64,000 nucleotides of DNA, taken from Marsupella aquatica (Eukaryota > Plantae > Marchantiophyta). Where the stretch lies: the NCBI GenBank assembly GCA_973895155.1, contig OZ316893.1, positions 3,888,490 through 3,952,489 of the forward strand. Direction: 5' to 3'. This document shows, piece after piece, positions 50,381 to 61,861 of this stretch (its first letter is position 1; the number at the start of each line of letters is the position of its first letter). The position numbers and the translations under genes were made by a program. The notes beneath the pieces were generated by a model. It did not search any database. It was not told where the DNA came from and was given only the letters and a program-made list of their open reading frames with translations.

Positions 50381-50484
50381 ACCTAACTTGTTGCCAATCC
50401 TACATGGCATGGATAAAAATGTGCTCCACATAAGCAAAAGTTGGGTCCCAGTCCATTCCATGTAGGATTGGCAACAGGTTAGGT
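50381..50484. repeat. Near-perfect inverted repeat (33-bp arms, 38-nt loop)
   Basis: ACCTAACTTGTTGCCAATCCTACATGGCATGGA (50381-50413) matches the reverse complement of 50452-50484 with 2 mismatches. Confidence 0.9.
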
Positions 50485-53400
50485 TGAAAGCAAGGGTGTA
50501 GAGCTAGGGTCCTTGCTAGGAGGTCCCCTTGGTCCACTCATATTTTGAGTCTTTTAGATTAAAAGTGGACTCACATGTCCCTTATCAGGTCTTCTCTTAT
50601 TAGAACAAGAAGCCCTGGCCAAAGACATTTATGTGGCTGATTGAAGTGGGTCCCCAACTTGTCTCCTAGCATAAAATGATTCCAAATTCTCCAATAGTCC
50701 CAGTACACTATCTTCAGGATGTCAAATGACCGATAGACTAGCAATGGTAAAAGTAGTAAATTTGCCCCCATTGCAAGGTCTTGTAAAGCCATCCTCAAGG
50801 TCTTGTACAGCCACCCTCGGTGGACCTGGTTAGCAAGCACAATTGCCACTGGTTTAGATTCTCTACACACAGTTCACTTCATAACCCTTCTAAGTCATTT
50901 ACTCATGAGTTTTACCATGCAGAGGAAGGTTTTAGTAATAGTAAGTGCTACTTAGTGGGATTTTAGATTAATTTTTTGTGGTTATTGGAGACTCACCTGC
51001 TTTTTTTCTTTTTGGGTATCTTGGGGATTCCCCTTTTTCGCTCCTTTATATTTTTGTCTTCCAGAAAGTGGTAGAACGTGAGTGACTAGTCTGGAATTTT
51101 GACTCTGGTCTGGGATACGGTGAGCTAAAATTCCACCCAAGATCAACTTGTGCATGTTCAAATACAGGTTGACCCTAAGTCAGCCAGAGGTTGCATGTCC
51201 AACTGTGCGCGCGTTGCCATGGACACATTCCGCCAGTGAGCGAGAGAGTTTCTCATTTTGTACATTTTCCAGAAATTTTCCTTGCACTAATTGCAAGGGG
51301 TGGGATCTCCACAGCAGTAGTTTTGCGCTTGCTTTGAATGATTTTGTGCTGCTTCAATCCACTCATTATAAGTTGCCGTTGCTCGATGCTATGTATTTTT
51401 TTTGTTCAGTTGACTTGCAATTTCGAGATTCCAGATTCTAGTTTAGGTTTCTTTTTGTTTTGTCACCCAAAGGCATGGAGTTCGAATATGATTCTGAGAA
51501 TGTGTGATTTCAGAGTAAGGAGCTCCATGAAAATGATTTAAGTTTAATTTCGTGACAGGTCAATTGACGTTTCGTTTTGGTACTTCGTTCTGGTTGACAG
51601 TTCGATATTTTAGCTCTATTTTGAACTTCAGTTTGGTTGATTTCAATTTCGTTTAGCTAGTGACGACTTTCGTTGTGGTTGAGCTAGTGATGACTTTCGT
51701 TCTGGCCGACTGTTCACAATTCTAAATGGCGCTTTTGTTCTTTTGCTGTGTGATATCTATGTATTGCCAATGTAAATTCAGAAAATACAATGACTTGTAA
51801 AGAGCTGCCCAATTGACACGATATCGTTTGACAAAAATTATAGATTTGTTGGACAATTGCTACTTTTCGTCAGGTAGAACCCACAGCTCATCACAAAAAT
51901 GTACAAGTGACCCAGATTATATTTTTTCAACTGCAATATGGAATTGACGAGTCGATTATTTCATGTAAAGCGGCCTGTGCTGCTATTGTGGTACCAGTTC
52001 GGTCGTTCGATTGTCTTGCCGCCGTGTACCGGTGACGACGTCCTCACGAAACCTCTCATTCATCTAACAAGACACTACTCAAAATGTCCTCCACCTGTTA
52101 TTCATGGAGTACCGGACCAGAGGTTGCAGTGATCGTTCTAAGTGCGGGCTGATTGATATTTCCATCATGGCCCTCGTTTTGCTGTACAGCAAGCTTTATC
52201 GATATCTCGTCGAATTCTTCCTTCTCCAAGTGGGTATCCTCACTGCCACGAATAAATTTGATTTGGGGTTTTCCAACAGTTTGTTTAGACCTGGGGGGAA
52301 AAAAGCAACCTGGCAGGTAGCAGGAATAGAATTGGAGGGAAGATCGTTTGAATATCTCGCATGGCTTGCCTAAGCAAAAGCGTCTTACAGGATAATGAAG
52401 GCCGAACTACGAACGAGCATTATAGAGATAAGTTTCTTTGAGGTTGACAAGGGCGTTCAATTTTCCTCACAATTGTAAGATGTGAATTTTTCTCCAGATG
52501 TGTAACAGCATAAGCACAAAAACGTTTCTCGTAACCACCAGGGGTAAGATATGTGGTCATTCGTCTTATGCTGAACTGCATAGAACTACACAGCGGAGTT
52601 GAATACAAAGAAGCCGCCACAGAGTGAAAACAGTGCATAGTTAGTTCGAGTTCAAATTCGGTACTGTCGTTAGACAATGAACATTGAGCTTCAAGCTCCT
52701 TCGAAGTGGCTACAATAATTTTCCTTGTGAACTCAAAGTTTCTAAACCTTGCAGAAGACTGTATCGCTACGAGTGTACTATAGAACTATAAGCTCAGATT
52801 AGACTTTAATAGATTTGTAAACTGGAACTCGAGTAAACTGCAGGGAACCTTCCTACGGTAAGATTGGCCTTTGACCTGTCCTAGCCAGTTATTCTATCTA
52901 AATTAAATAAAGCTGCAGCTTCAACTTCTGGCCAAGATCTCTGGACAAGTCAATCAAATATATAGGTTCTGAACCTGGCAATCAAGAACCTATGTGCATT
53001 TTGCACAAAATTTCTGACAAGTGAAGATTCGTCATCATTCGGAACTTACTGTGTACTTACTGCCTGGTGAACTGAGTCTTGGCTTCAACGTCTGGACCTC
53101 AGCCAGAATGATGTATTTCAGTCATAATTTCAAGCATTGGACAGTTTCGAAGTTCTAACTAGCCATCAGGGAATAGCAGGCATCCGTACAGCAACTGAAA
53201 CGTATGATATGATGAAGTTATGATAACCAGCACATTTGGTGGAAAGCCCCTCTGTACGTTGAAGGCAAAACCCCTTCACAGGTTTCAACAAATTGAAGCA
53301 TCTAATGCTCGTGTAATGAACATCTGACAATGTGCTAGATTTAAAATTACTAGCACTCTCCCCATTACTCAAGTCTCGGGTGTCTATTAGCTCCTTCTAC

Positions 53401-54214
53401 CTCGACATTTGTGTCCACAACCTGCCTTTATCTGTTGGAGAATCCCTGAGGACCAAGTCAATAGGACCAAACTCGCGTTGATTACTAAAGGATAATAACA
53501 AAGTTGACATTGATAGCGTAATAGAGCTTAGTAATCATACAGTTACAGCAACGTTCTATGTTCTGCCTTTCATTCCTCTTTCTTCCAGCAAGCTTACTTG
53601 CCTGCTTGTCCGTTTTTTCTCGTCTGTTGAGGTGCGGCGGACTCTAAACTTTCATCAACTCAGTTCAATTCTAATAAAAGGCCAACCCCGAAGCCAACTC
53701 GAAAGCACTAAAATGGAACAGTGAGATGTACATTACACAGTGTATTAAAAATTTTGTAACCTAATCCTGGACATTGGGTCATTTCCAGGTACAATCATCA
53801 TCATCAATGCCAGACTAGCACTTTTTCAAACCCGAGTTGTTCTAGATTGCCTCTTATTGACATAAGGACAACAATACCAGAAAGAGTGATTCCACCGTAA
53901 GGACAGACGGTCGCGAATTAATTCCATATATTGTCCTTTATTGCCCTCAAAGAATATCAAAACGTAAACTGTGTCCTATGCCAAACAATTAACGAAACAT
54001 ACAACATGCTTGCCTTGTATAAGGTGCTTGCTTGTAGAAACGCACGGGATGCAGTGAGGGAGATGGACTGATTTCATGCACTGCAAAACTTTTCTGAGCG
54101 AGGCCGGCAATGTTGCTGCACTGTACATCGTCCTAGATATCAAATCTTAAAGCACACGAATTTTGACTGTGGAACCCAAAATCACTACTGCACAACGCCA
54201 GATGGGCCAAGTCA

Positions 54215-55084
54215 TTACTCCACACTCTTTAAAAGTTGTCTCGTCACCTGAATGGCGTGGATGCACTCTTCCAGAATAGAGAACAGCTGTCTGAGTTCAT
54301 TGACATCGTGTGAATTTGAAATCAGCTGCCGTATTCCCTCCAGCTTCTCGTTCAAAGTGGTCAAAGTTCTCCGGGCCACCAGGATATCATTCACAGGGTT
54401 TACAGCCGGTTGAAGGATTAGGGCAGGCTTAGGATTAAGGCCTTGTGTTGCAGGAACTGAATGATCTGCCTCCCGTTGCGATAATATCGAAGTTGGGACT
54501 CCATGTCGAGCGATCCCGTTCGAATTCCCATTCTCCTTTCCATCAAGCGGAGGATGCCGAGGTACCCCGTCCTGATGAACATGGTCTGATGAGGAGGCAA
54601 ATCGTTTCGGATTGCGACTGTCTGGGGCTTTCTCTTCGTCGGCTCTCAGTGAGGCCAACGACAACCGCAAATGACCTATCCCGTTGCTCTTACTATTAGA
54701 TTGTGTGGCCGCTGGAGCCGCAGGCTGAGACGTGGTCGAGGAAGAATGAACCGATTGTTGAAGGCTAGCATTCCCATTCTGCTGCTCAGCTAATAAGTCA
54801 CTTCTATCGACTCTCTGCTGGAGGAGCCGCGCCGCAGCTTCTGACTCAGTCAGAATCCACTGCCTACATGCCGCACAGTACATCTTCTTCTGACGGTTGC
54901 GCACGAGAGGAGTGAGGCATTGCGGGCAGTGCTCGTTGAGAAGCGTCCATCCCTGCAACAGTTTCTCGGCCAGTGCAGAGCTGTGGTCATCTAGCCTTCT
55001 GCTCCGATCGTCCACCCTGCTCATGCCGCCTTCCCCCTCCTCGTCCATGAAATCTCTCCCTCCGCATGGTCTCTCCACTTCCAT
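54215..55084 (-). CDS. ZNRD2: SSSCA1/ZNRD2-like zinc-ribbon protein (Sjogren syndrome/scleroderma autoantigen p27 family), intronless
   Basis: 289-aa ORF. SSALAEKLLQGWTLLNEHCPQCLTPLVRNRQKKMYCAAC is the Auto_anti-p27 signature. A low-complexity middle is followed by a C-terminal helical region. Confidence 0.9.
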   Translation of the reverse strand: MEVERPCGGRDFMDEEGEGGMSRVDDRSRRLDDHSSALAEKLLQGWTLLNEHCPQCLTPLVRNRQKKMYCAACRQWILTESEAAARLLQQRVDRSDLLAEQQNGNASLQQSVHSSSTTSQPAAPAATQSNSKSNGIGHLRLSLASLRADEEKAPDSRNPKRFASSSDHVHQDGVPRHPPLDGKENGNSNGIARHGVPTSILSQREADHSVPATQGLNPKPALILQPAVNPVNDILVARRTLTTLNEKLEGIRQLISNSHDVNELRQLFSILEECIHAIQVTRQLLKSVE

Positions 55085-55170
55085 CTCTCCAAAATCCTAT
55101 CTCCAATCTCTCTGTTTCGTACCCAGGGCTCGGACAACACTCCTCCTGAGACCCAACTTAGAATTCCCCA

Positions 55171-55300
55171 CTTTTCCTTTCCGCAGATCGAATTCCCAAC
55201 TCTTTCCTCCCGAAGATTGAATCCCCGAATCTTCCCTTCCGAAGATTGAATTCCCAAATCTTTCCTCCCGAAGATTGAATTCTCGATTCCCGCCTCCCGA
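55171..55300. repeat. ~4 x 29-bp tandem repeat in the putative 5'UTR of the ZNRD2-like gene
   Basis: Core g(a/c)agat(t/c)gaa at 55183, 55212, 55241 and 55270. Confidence 0.9.
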
Positions 55301-55550
55301 CTAATCCAGAACTAATTACTGTAGATTCCTAAAGGGCGGTTACTTTCAGCCGAACCTTCCCCTCCCGCGACTCGGAACATCAGGGAACAGCGGCCCAGCG
55401 GACCATCTTCCAGAACGACGAGAGCTGACCGAGCATCATTAGACTGATTAGAGAGGAGTTGAGAAAGGGACGACAGCAGAGGAATGACAACAGAGGAGAA
55501 AGAGATGGAGAGAAATAAGGCCGCTGTCCCTACGCCTCTCACTAATCGCC

Positions 55551-56109
55551 TCGCACATACAAAGTACCGTGCCAACAATAGTTCTCTTAACCAACTGGCT
55601 GTGGTCAGTTGGTGGCCAGGGGATGAGCCTAGAACTGAGAGGTCCCAGGTTCAATCCCCCCTCCACATGCAAGGGTTGTGGAGGGTGAGTGTGTGTGTGG
55701 GTGGGGTGTAGTGGTGGGAGTATTGGTTTTTCTTCAGCCCTGGCTGGTCCGCTTTGGGCTCTGGTCCAACCCTCTCTCCCTCCTGGTCCTGGGTATGACC
55801 CCCCTTGTGGGCTACCCTACAGAGGTGCATGCTCCGGAGTTGATGGTCTATCCTCTGTTGGATTGGTCAACTTTCGGTTTCAAGGCAAAAAAAAAACAAC
55901 AACAATAGTCTTGCCAAACAATAGTAATCTGCCCAATAATTTATGAGTCGCACATACAAAGTACCGTGCCAACAATAGTAATATGCCCAACAACTTATGA
56001 GTCGCACATACAAAGTACCGTGCCAACAATAGTAATCTGCCAAACAATTTATGAGTCGCACATACAAAGTACCGTGCCAACAATAGTCATCTGCCAAACA
56101 ATTTATGAG
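55551..56109. repeat. 54-bp tandem array (~4.5 units) interrupted by a SINE
   Basis: Unit tcgcacatacaaagtaccgtgccaacaatagtaatctgcc(c/a)aacaatttatgag; the first unit is split at 55582. Confidence 0.9.
55583..55899 (+). mobile_element. tRNA-derived SINE with TSD
   Basis: A-box-like TGGTCAGTTGG (55602-55612), B box GGTTCAATCCC (55648-55658), A-rich tail, and a 10-bp TSD CAACAATAGT (55573-55582 and 55900-55909). A second copy lies at 2011-2420. Confidence 0.88.
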
Positions 56110-56372
56110 CCGATAGGTCTCTAGACAGACAAGAGAAGGTGTCTCTCAATATGGGAGGGGTGACAATAGTACTATAGTGAGGGAAAAGGGAGGAGTGTCA
56201 AAGTACACCCATAAGAAAAGTAATAGATAGACAATAGTGAGGAAAAAGGGAGGACTGTCAAAGTACAGCCATGAGAAAAGTATTATGGCTTAAAACTTTT
56301 GGGACATAAGATAACTTTTGGGACATAAGATTCTTAGAGGGGAGTGTAAAGAAAAGGGAGGAGTGTCAAAGT

Positions 56373-56835
56373 TGTCGTGCGTATATATATCGCTACACAA
56401 CATACATCGTTTGTCACATACATCCAAACATAGTCACATTGCCACATCACAAACACAAGAGAATGGAATACAAGTGGAACTCATGTCCACACATGTCCAA
56501 AACCCACAATAATCTCCATACAATCGGCACAACGATCCCGGTCAACAATACCCCATCGATCCCGTACCGATCCGATCACACACGTATGTCAAGCCAACGC
56601 ACCTTGCACTACTCAAGGAATCCACGTTACACAAGCGGAGCTCACAGCCACCATAGCCACTCAAGCTCCTCTCTCTCCAAGGCTCAACATTGAAAGATGA
56701 CCTTTCAATGCCTCACAAGTGAGAAGTCCTCTCACACAAACCTGACGGAACCTTATCGGCTCATATAGCACACATACCAAACATACGGATCTAGATAGTA
56801 CGATACACTCTAACACTACCTAGAATGGTGTGACA
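56373..56835. mobile_element. 463-bp solo LTR with a 4-bp TSD
   Basis: TGTCGTGC...GGTGTGACA flanked by AAGT on both sides. Removing it restores gtcaaagtacagc, matching the neighbouring repeat units at ~56190 and ~56250. Confidence 0.75.
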
Positions 56836-57299
56836 AAGTACAGCAATAAAAAAATATATTATGGCTGAAAACTTTGGAAACATACAATTCTTACAGGAGA
56901 TTGTATTTAGGATTGCATTAGGTACCTCTAAGCTTTATGGCATTGTTTTGACATGCCTTAGTGGGTTTTATATAGACAATAGTGGTGTTAGTAAATCTAG
57001 GAGGGGTGTGCAAAGGGTGATATTGGGGGGGGGGGGGGGGGTTTGACTATCAAAAATCTTAGGAACCATGTGCAATCCAAAATAAGTACTCTTGATAAAA
57101 ATTAACTAAATTTTTAAAAAGCGTAGGAGACAAACAAATGTATTATAAACTCAAGTTTATAGAATATTCTCTAATATATGTCTTTTATAAAGTAAATAGG
57201 TTCTTAATATTGAAAATGGAGAATACTCTTGGAATATTTTCTTTATAAAATAAGTTTATTTGTATTAGGCTAGGATCGCACGTGGTACCCCAAAATATA

Positions 57300-59380
57300 C
57301 ACTTAGTTAACTCCCTGAGGGGTAATAAGGGAGAGTGCAAGATACAAAGGGTAATAGGGAAATAGACAACAATGGTGCATCTCAATATCTTGCAGGGAGA
57401 AATAAAGGGTGATAGGGACAATTGTCAAGTGACAAGGGTAAGAGGAGTAAACAAAGGGCAAGAGGAGAAATACGCAATAGTGGTGTCTGTCAATCTGTGT
57501 GGCACAGAGAAACAAAGGGTGATGGGGGAAATAGTCAGGTGACAAAGGAAATGACCCAACCAAAGAGAAACAAAGGGAAACAAGGGCTGATACAAGAACC
57601 CTAAACCCTAAACTAAGAACCAAGAACTAAGACTGTAGAACCAAAAATCCCAAGTGCCAACAATTGCAAGTCCCAGACGATAATTGAAGAACAAGGACTA
57701 CCGTCTTCCCCTTAACACACTGCCAAGGCACTATAATATTTGAATAGTGGGCCATGGGGCATTATATTCGAATAGGGCGCCCAGGACGTTGTGTTTGAGT
57801 TTTGACACTATGTTTTGGAATTTTTTTACCTCAAGTGTGGCGTTGTGTTTAAATAGTGGCGTTGTGTTCGAATTTAGGCATTGCTTGTGATGAATTTTTA
57901 GGATTTAAGCAGGAATGAAAGGCTAATGCTTCCAGACCATTTCACCCCTGACCAAATTTGGTGAGACAAAATAGAATAACGGTTTAGAAAATCATTCTCT
58001 GATTTCAAACTGCGTTTGCGCACGGATGGACCTATTTGCAAAGTTCTCAAGTGCGATTTCAATTGACTACGTGTGGGCAATATTGCTCTAGAAATTGCTC
58101 CTAGCATTGTTGTCAAGATGTGAAAGCTATCAACACAACACCATATTCGAATACAAGGCCATATTCAAACACAATGCTCGGGCGTTGTGTTAAAATGATG
58201 TTGTATTCGAGTTAAAACTACTTTTCTTACCGAGACTAAAACATTTCAACTTTCAAACACAACGCCCGGCGCTGTGTTCGGGGGAAGATGGTAATACCCT
58301 ATCGAGCAACAAACTGAAAAGCCTGGTAGAGCTTTGAGTAAACTGCATACTTAGAAGTGTCACTAAGAGGAATTGGAGTGGAAGACCTAAAACCAACCAG
58401 GCACGTCTGCCCACCGGAGGATAGCAAATGCCTGAGCCTTGTGTAGAGTAATTAACACCCACTTCCAAAAGAAACTAGCAAAGACCAAGATTGGTGGGAC
58501 GGTAAGGTTTCTGCAGAACATAAAATCCGTACAACTTACTAAGCCCAAAGGAAATAATCAAAGAAGGGTGAAGAGTACCCAGCCTGAATCTCGGGGCAAG
58601 CAATTGGAAATAAACAAAGGTCTCCAGGCAAGTTAATGAGCAACATGTAGGCCTTCTTTAAGCCAAGCCCCAAGCCAAGCTGCCTTGGTGCACTGTTGCC
58701 TGGTACATGGGCAGTGATCATAATGTAATTCCCGCCAGAAGGATCAGCAATGACCACATTCCTAAGGGCAAAAATGCCTACCTAGAAAAGACCAGGTCAG
58801 CCCGTGGTTGGTCCAGATTGAATATCATCCTAGGGTGGAAGCACATGTCTTGAGCAATGGCTACTACCACATCACACAAGTGATGTCATGGTGTGTCACA
58901 GTCCTCTTACTCCCCGGTCGCCACACCTGAGATATGGACTTCTTGGGGGCCAGCGATTGATGCCCCACACGCACCAGTGGGTTCACTTGGACTAGGATAT
59001 ATGGGTGGGATAGGCCAAGCCAAAGGCGCATTAAGACATGATTTGGCGAAGATGACAAAACTCATTCAGAAGGTGGCCCAAAGTGGATTTATTAGCTGAC
59101 AGCCAAGATAAGCTTCTAAACCCACACCAAAATAAGGTAAAAAGTGGGCCCAAATAGTGTCCTATGGTGAATCAGAGAGCAAGCTAGAAGGGCTGTCACA
59201 TGAGGTGTAACTGTGCATGAAGTCCAAAATTGCAAGCCTACTGAACATGACCCCAGAACATGACCCGGAACATGATCAGGACTATCCAAAATCACCTCCT
59301 CACAAGCACAAACAAACGAAGCAGGGGCTGGGTGTCACAAAGCTGACCTGAAACGGGAGGATGCAGCCTCAACTCCCAAG
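57300..59380 (-). mobile_element. Degenerate CRE-like RLE retrotransposon fragment (third copy), interrupted by a MITE
   Basis: Frameshifted peptides MRLWLGLSHPYIL, SKRTVTHHDI, VIADPSGGNY..TAHVPG and MQFT..LYQAFQF are colinear with the 2843-3796 ORF. A T-rich 3'UTR continues left of 57700. Boundaries are approximate. Confidence 0.75.
57701..58291. mobile_element. Tc1/mariner-superfamily (pogo/Tc2-like) MITE
   Basis: TIRs CCGTCTTCCCC..AACAC and GTGTTCGGGGAAGATGG, flanked by TA on both sides. Internal gttgtgttcgaat-type sub-repeats; no ORF. Confidence 0.75.
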
Positions 59381-59569
59381 ACATAGTCAAAGAGAATAAG
59401 GTGGAGGTCCACAATGAATGAGAAGCCAAAAAAGGGAACTAGTTACCTGTTTGGATCACTTGAGCATCATGTCACCAATTGCATGTGGTTGTTGTCATTT
59501 TAATATACTTTGGTTGGTGCAAAGGATTGACTCATAGAATGGTCAGTACTCTTTTCTAGCCTGTGTAAG

Positions 59570-59650
59570 TACTCATTGGTATGGGCTTGTGTTTCATATT
59601 CATTTGATTGTACTCATTGGTATGGGCTTGTGTTTCATATTCATTTGATC
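59570..59650. repeat. 40-bp tandem duplication
   Basis: gtactcattggtatgggcttgtgtttcatattcatttgat x2. Confidence 0.9.
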
Positions 59651-61214
59651 ATATGTCCCGACTGAAGGATCGAGGTTGAGGTAGCTCACATTACTTGGAT
59701 CACCTGAGCATCACCAATTGGGTGAAGTTGTTATCACTTTAATATACTTTCATGGGACTCTCTGTTTTGGCTAGTTGGTCTTCCTGGGTTTTCCCCTTGT
59801 GTTCTCCTTTTTATAGGGTCTCCGGCTGTAGGGAAAGTGTATCCCGTTGGACATTTTTTTATATAGGGTATAGAAATGGCATCCCCCTATGGCCCGGATA
59901 ACATAAGTCAGAGCTTAAATTCTTCATCGCCACTTGTTGGATGAACTCCTTCTTCCTCTTGTTGTTTTTGAATTCTATAATGGCTTGGTGCAGATCATGA
60001 ACTCTAGCTTTCATATTAAATTATATACAAATTTATGGGATCAAATGAAATTAAACTATTTTTTTCTGGTGTTTTTTGGAACTCAGTTGTTCATAGTGAT
60101 TAGTAGCCTGATTAGTACTCCTTCTTTGGATGTAAATAGAGATGAAGACAAAAAAAGTTCTTGCAATTTAACAAATACGCTCTTTTTCAACTTCTCTCCA
60201 TCTCTCATTTTTTCCACCCTCACTTCTATTTTGTCTTTATTGAGAGTCACTATTAATTCTGTCTGTATTTAGAGTCAATGTAAGTGTTATTAATCTGTGC
60301 TCCCATCCTTTTTTTTGGTCCATCTTCACTTTTCAGTTTTGTCCTATTGAGAGTTATGGTCTACAGGCTTCACTCTCAATATATATTAGCCCTTGAAAAT
60401 AGCTTTGATTGCCCTTTATTAGTAAGACAAGCACCATGCTTGTGCGTTGTACAATTGCACAATTGGGTGAGTGAGAAAGTGACGGTCTGGCTGGAGTCAT
60501 GGGCACTGGTAAGGTTGTGTACTAGCTCCGGCCCATGCCACTCCTGGGCACTGGGCACCGTGACGTACGTCAATTATGAGGGAGGGAGTCATGGGCAGTT
60601 GGGCGTACCCCTGCCTCAGGCCCGATGTGAGGATGGAGTGCCCCTGCCTTGCCCCGTTTAGCATTCAAGGGCCCCCTTTTTGCATTGAACGGTTAAGGAA
60701 AAAATGCAACAGAATCCAACGGCTGCTGATCATTCCCGCTCAGAACTCTGTTTGTAAGTGAACAATGGATGAAACCCGGACGAAATATGGCCGGATAGGT
60801 TATATTAGTTGTAGATTAGTTTCATAACTGGCAGAATCAATTGTCCAAGGACAACTGGCCTTTGTTTTAATTATCACTTAAGGTTAACACATCTGCTGTA
60901 CTTAAAAAATTGTTCCTATTATGACTAATTTCCTTATAACTCATATCACTGATATAGAAATTTATCCTGCTAATTTTCTACACACAAAAAAAACTATATA
61001 AGCAAGACTCAATTCAACTAAATATTGGTAAATCTTGAAATAAAAGTACAATCTGTTGTTCCCAACAATTCTGCGGAATACAATATCTATGTACGTGGTT
61101 TAATTTTTGGAACTCCATCAGGCTCAGTTTGTTGCTATAGAGAGCTCTACAGTAGTTCTAGTTCGAATCAGTTTGTTGTTAAAATAGGTGTCTAGTTCTA
61201 CAGTAGTTTGTTGG

Positions 61215-61360
61215 CAGTTGTTTGGGACCCTGTCATTTGGCTCTTGGACTTTTTGACTTGGTCTTCCTGGGATTTCTTCTTAGTTTGCTTTCCCCTTTTA
61301 TTGGGCTTCTTGGGATCCTGTCTTTTGGGTGCCCTTTGTTCTTCTAATTGTAGTGTTTCA
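61215..61360 (+). mobile_element. Short remnant resembling the CRE element 3'UTR
   Basis: gtttggg..cctgtc...tttcccc...ttggg...tgggatc.tgtct...gccctttgtt is colinear with the reverse complement of 2735-2840. Confidence 0.45.
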
Positions 61361-61730
61361 TATTGTCAGTGAATTTTTCTCAGCAGTGTTTTATATACTC
61401 AGAAATTTCCCTTAAAACATTTAGGGAGACACGGACTAATAAATACAGTTGCAGAGTGGCTCGCGAGGGTTGTCCCGAGGGTGGTCCTTTGGAGAATCTT
61501 GTCAAACACGGTGGTCCATGAGAACTCCAGTTTCGAGAGTCAACAGACCTTGCTGCGGAATGAATGTTATTACCATGATGACAAGGAGTGAAATTCACTC
61601 AGATATGTTATTGGGCTGCCTAACTAACATATACTCTATCCATTTTTATGTATGTTATTATATATGTACTAAGGGTCTCAGTAATTGCACATCAAAATAT
61701 GACATATATTATATGCTACACCCTTGCATA

Positions 61731-61861
61731 CAGTGATAATACTAATTTTTTCCTTTCAATCAATGAATGCAGCCACATTTTGATATGTGATTACCAGTGA
61801 TAATACTAATTTTTTCCTTTCAATCAATGAATGCAGCCACATTTTGATATGTGATTACCAG
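61731..61861. repeat. 64-bp perfect tandem duplication
   Basis: cagtgataatactaattttttcctttcaatcaatgaatgcagccacattttgatatgtgattac x2. Confidence 0.9.

Noticed and set aside
55595-55665. tRNA gene
   Set aside because: A and B boxes are present, but there is no convincing acceptor stem or cloverleaf. It is the head of a SINE with a tail and TSD.
55867-56097. ORFs with an 18-aa repeated peptide (YYCWHGTLYVRLIN...)
   Set aside because: They are a by-product of the 54-bp tandem DNA repeat, open in two frames, with no sign of a real gene.
57597-57613. Telomeric AAACCCT repeats suggesting a telomere-targeting CRE element
   Set aside because: There are only two units, they lie inside a T/G-rich 3'UTR, and they are not seen at the junctions of the other copies.
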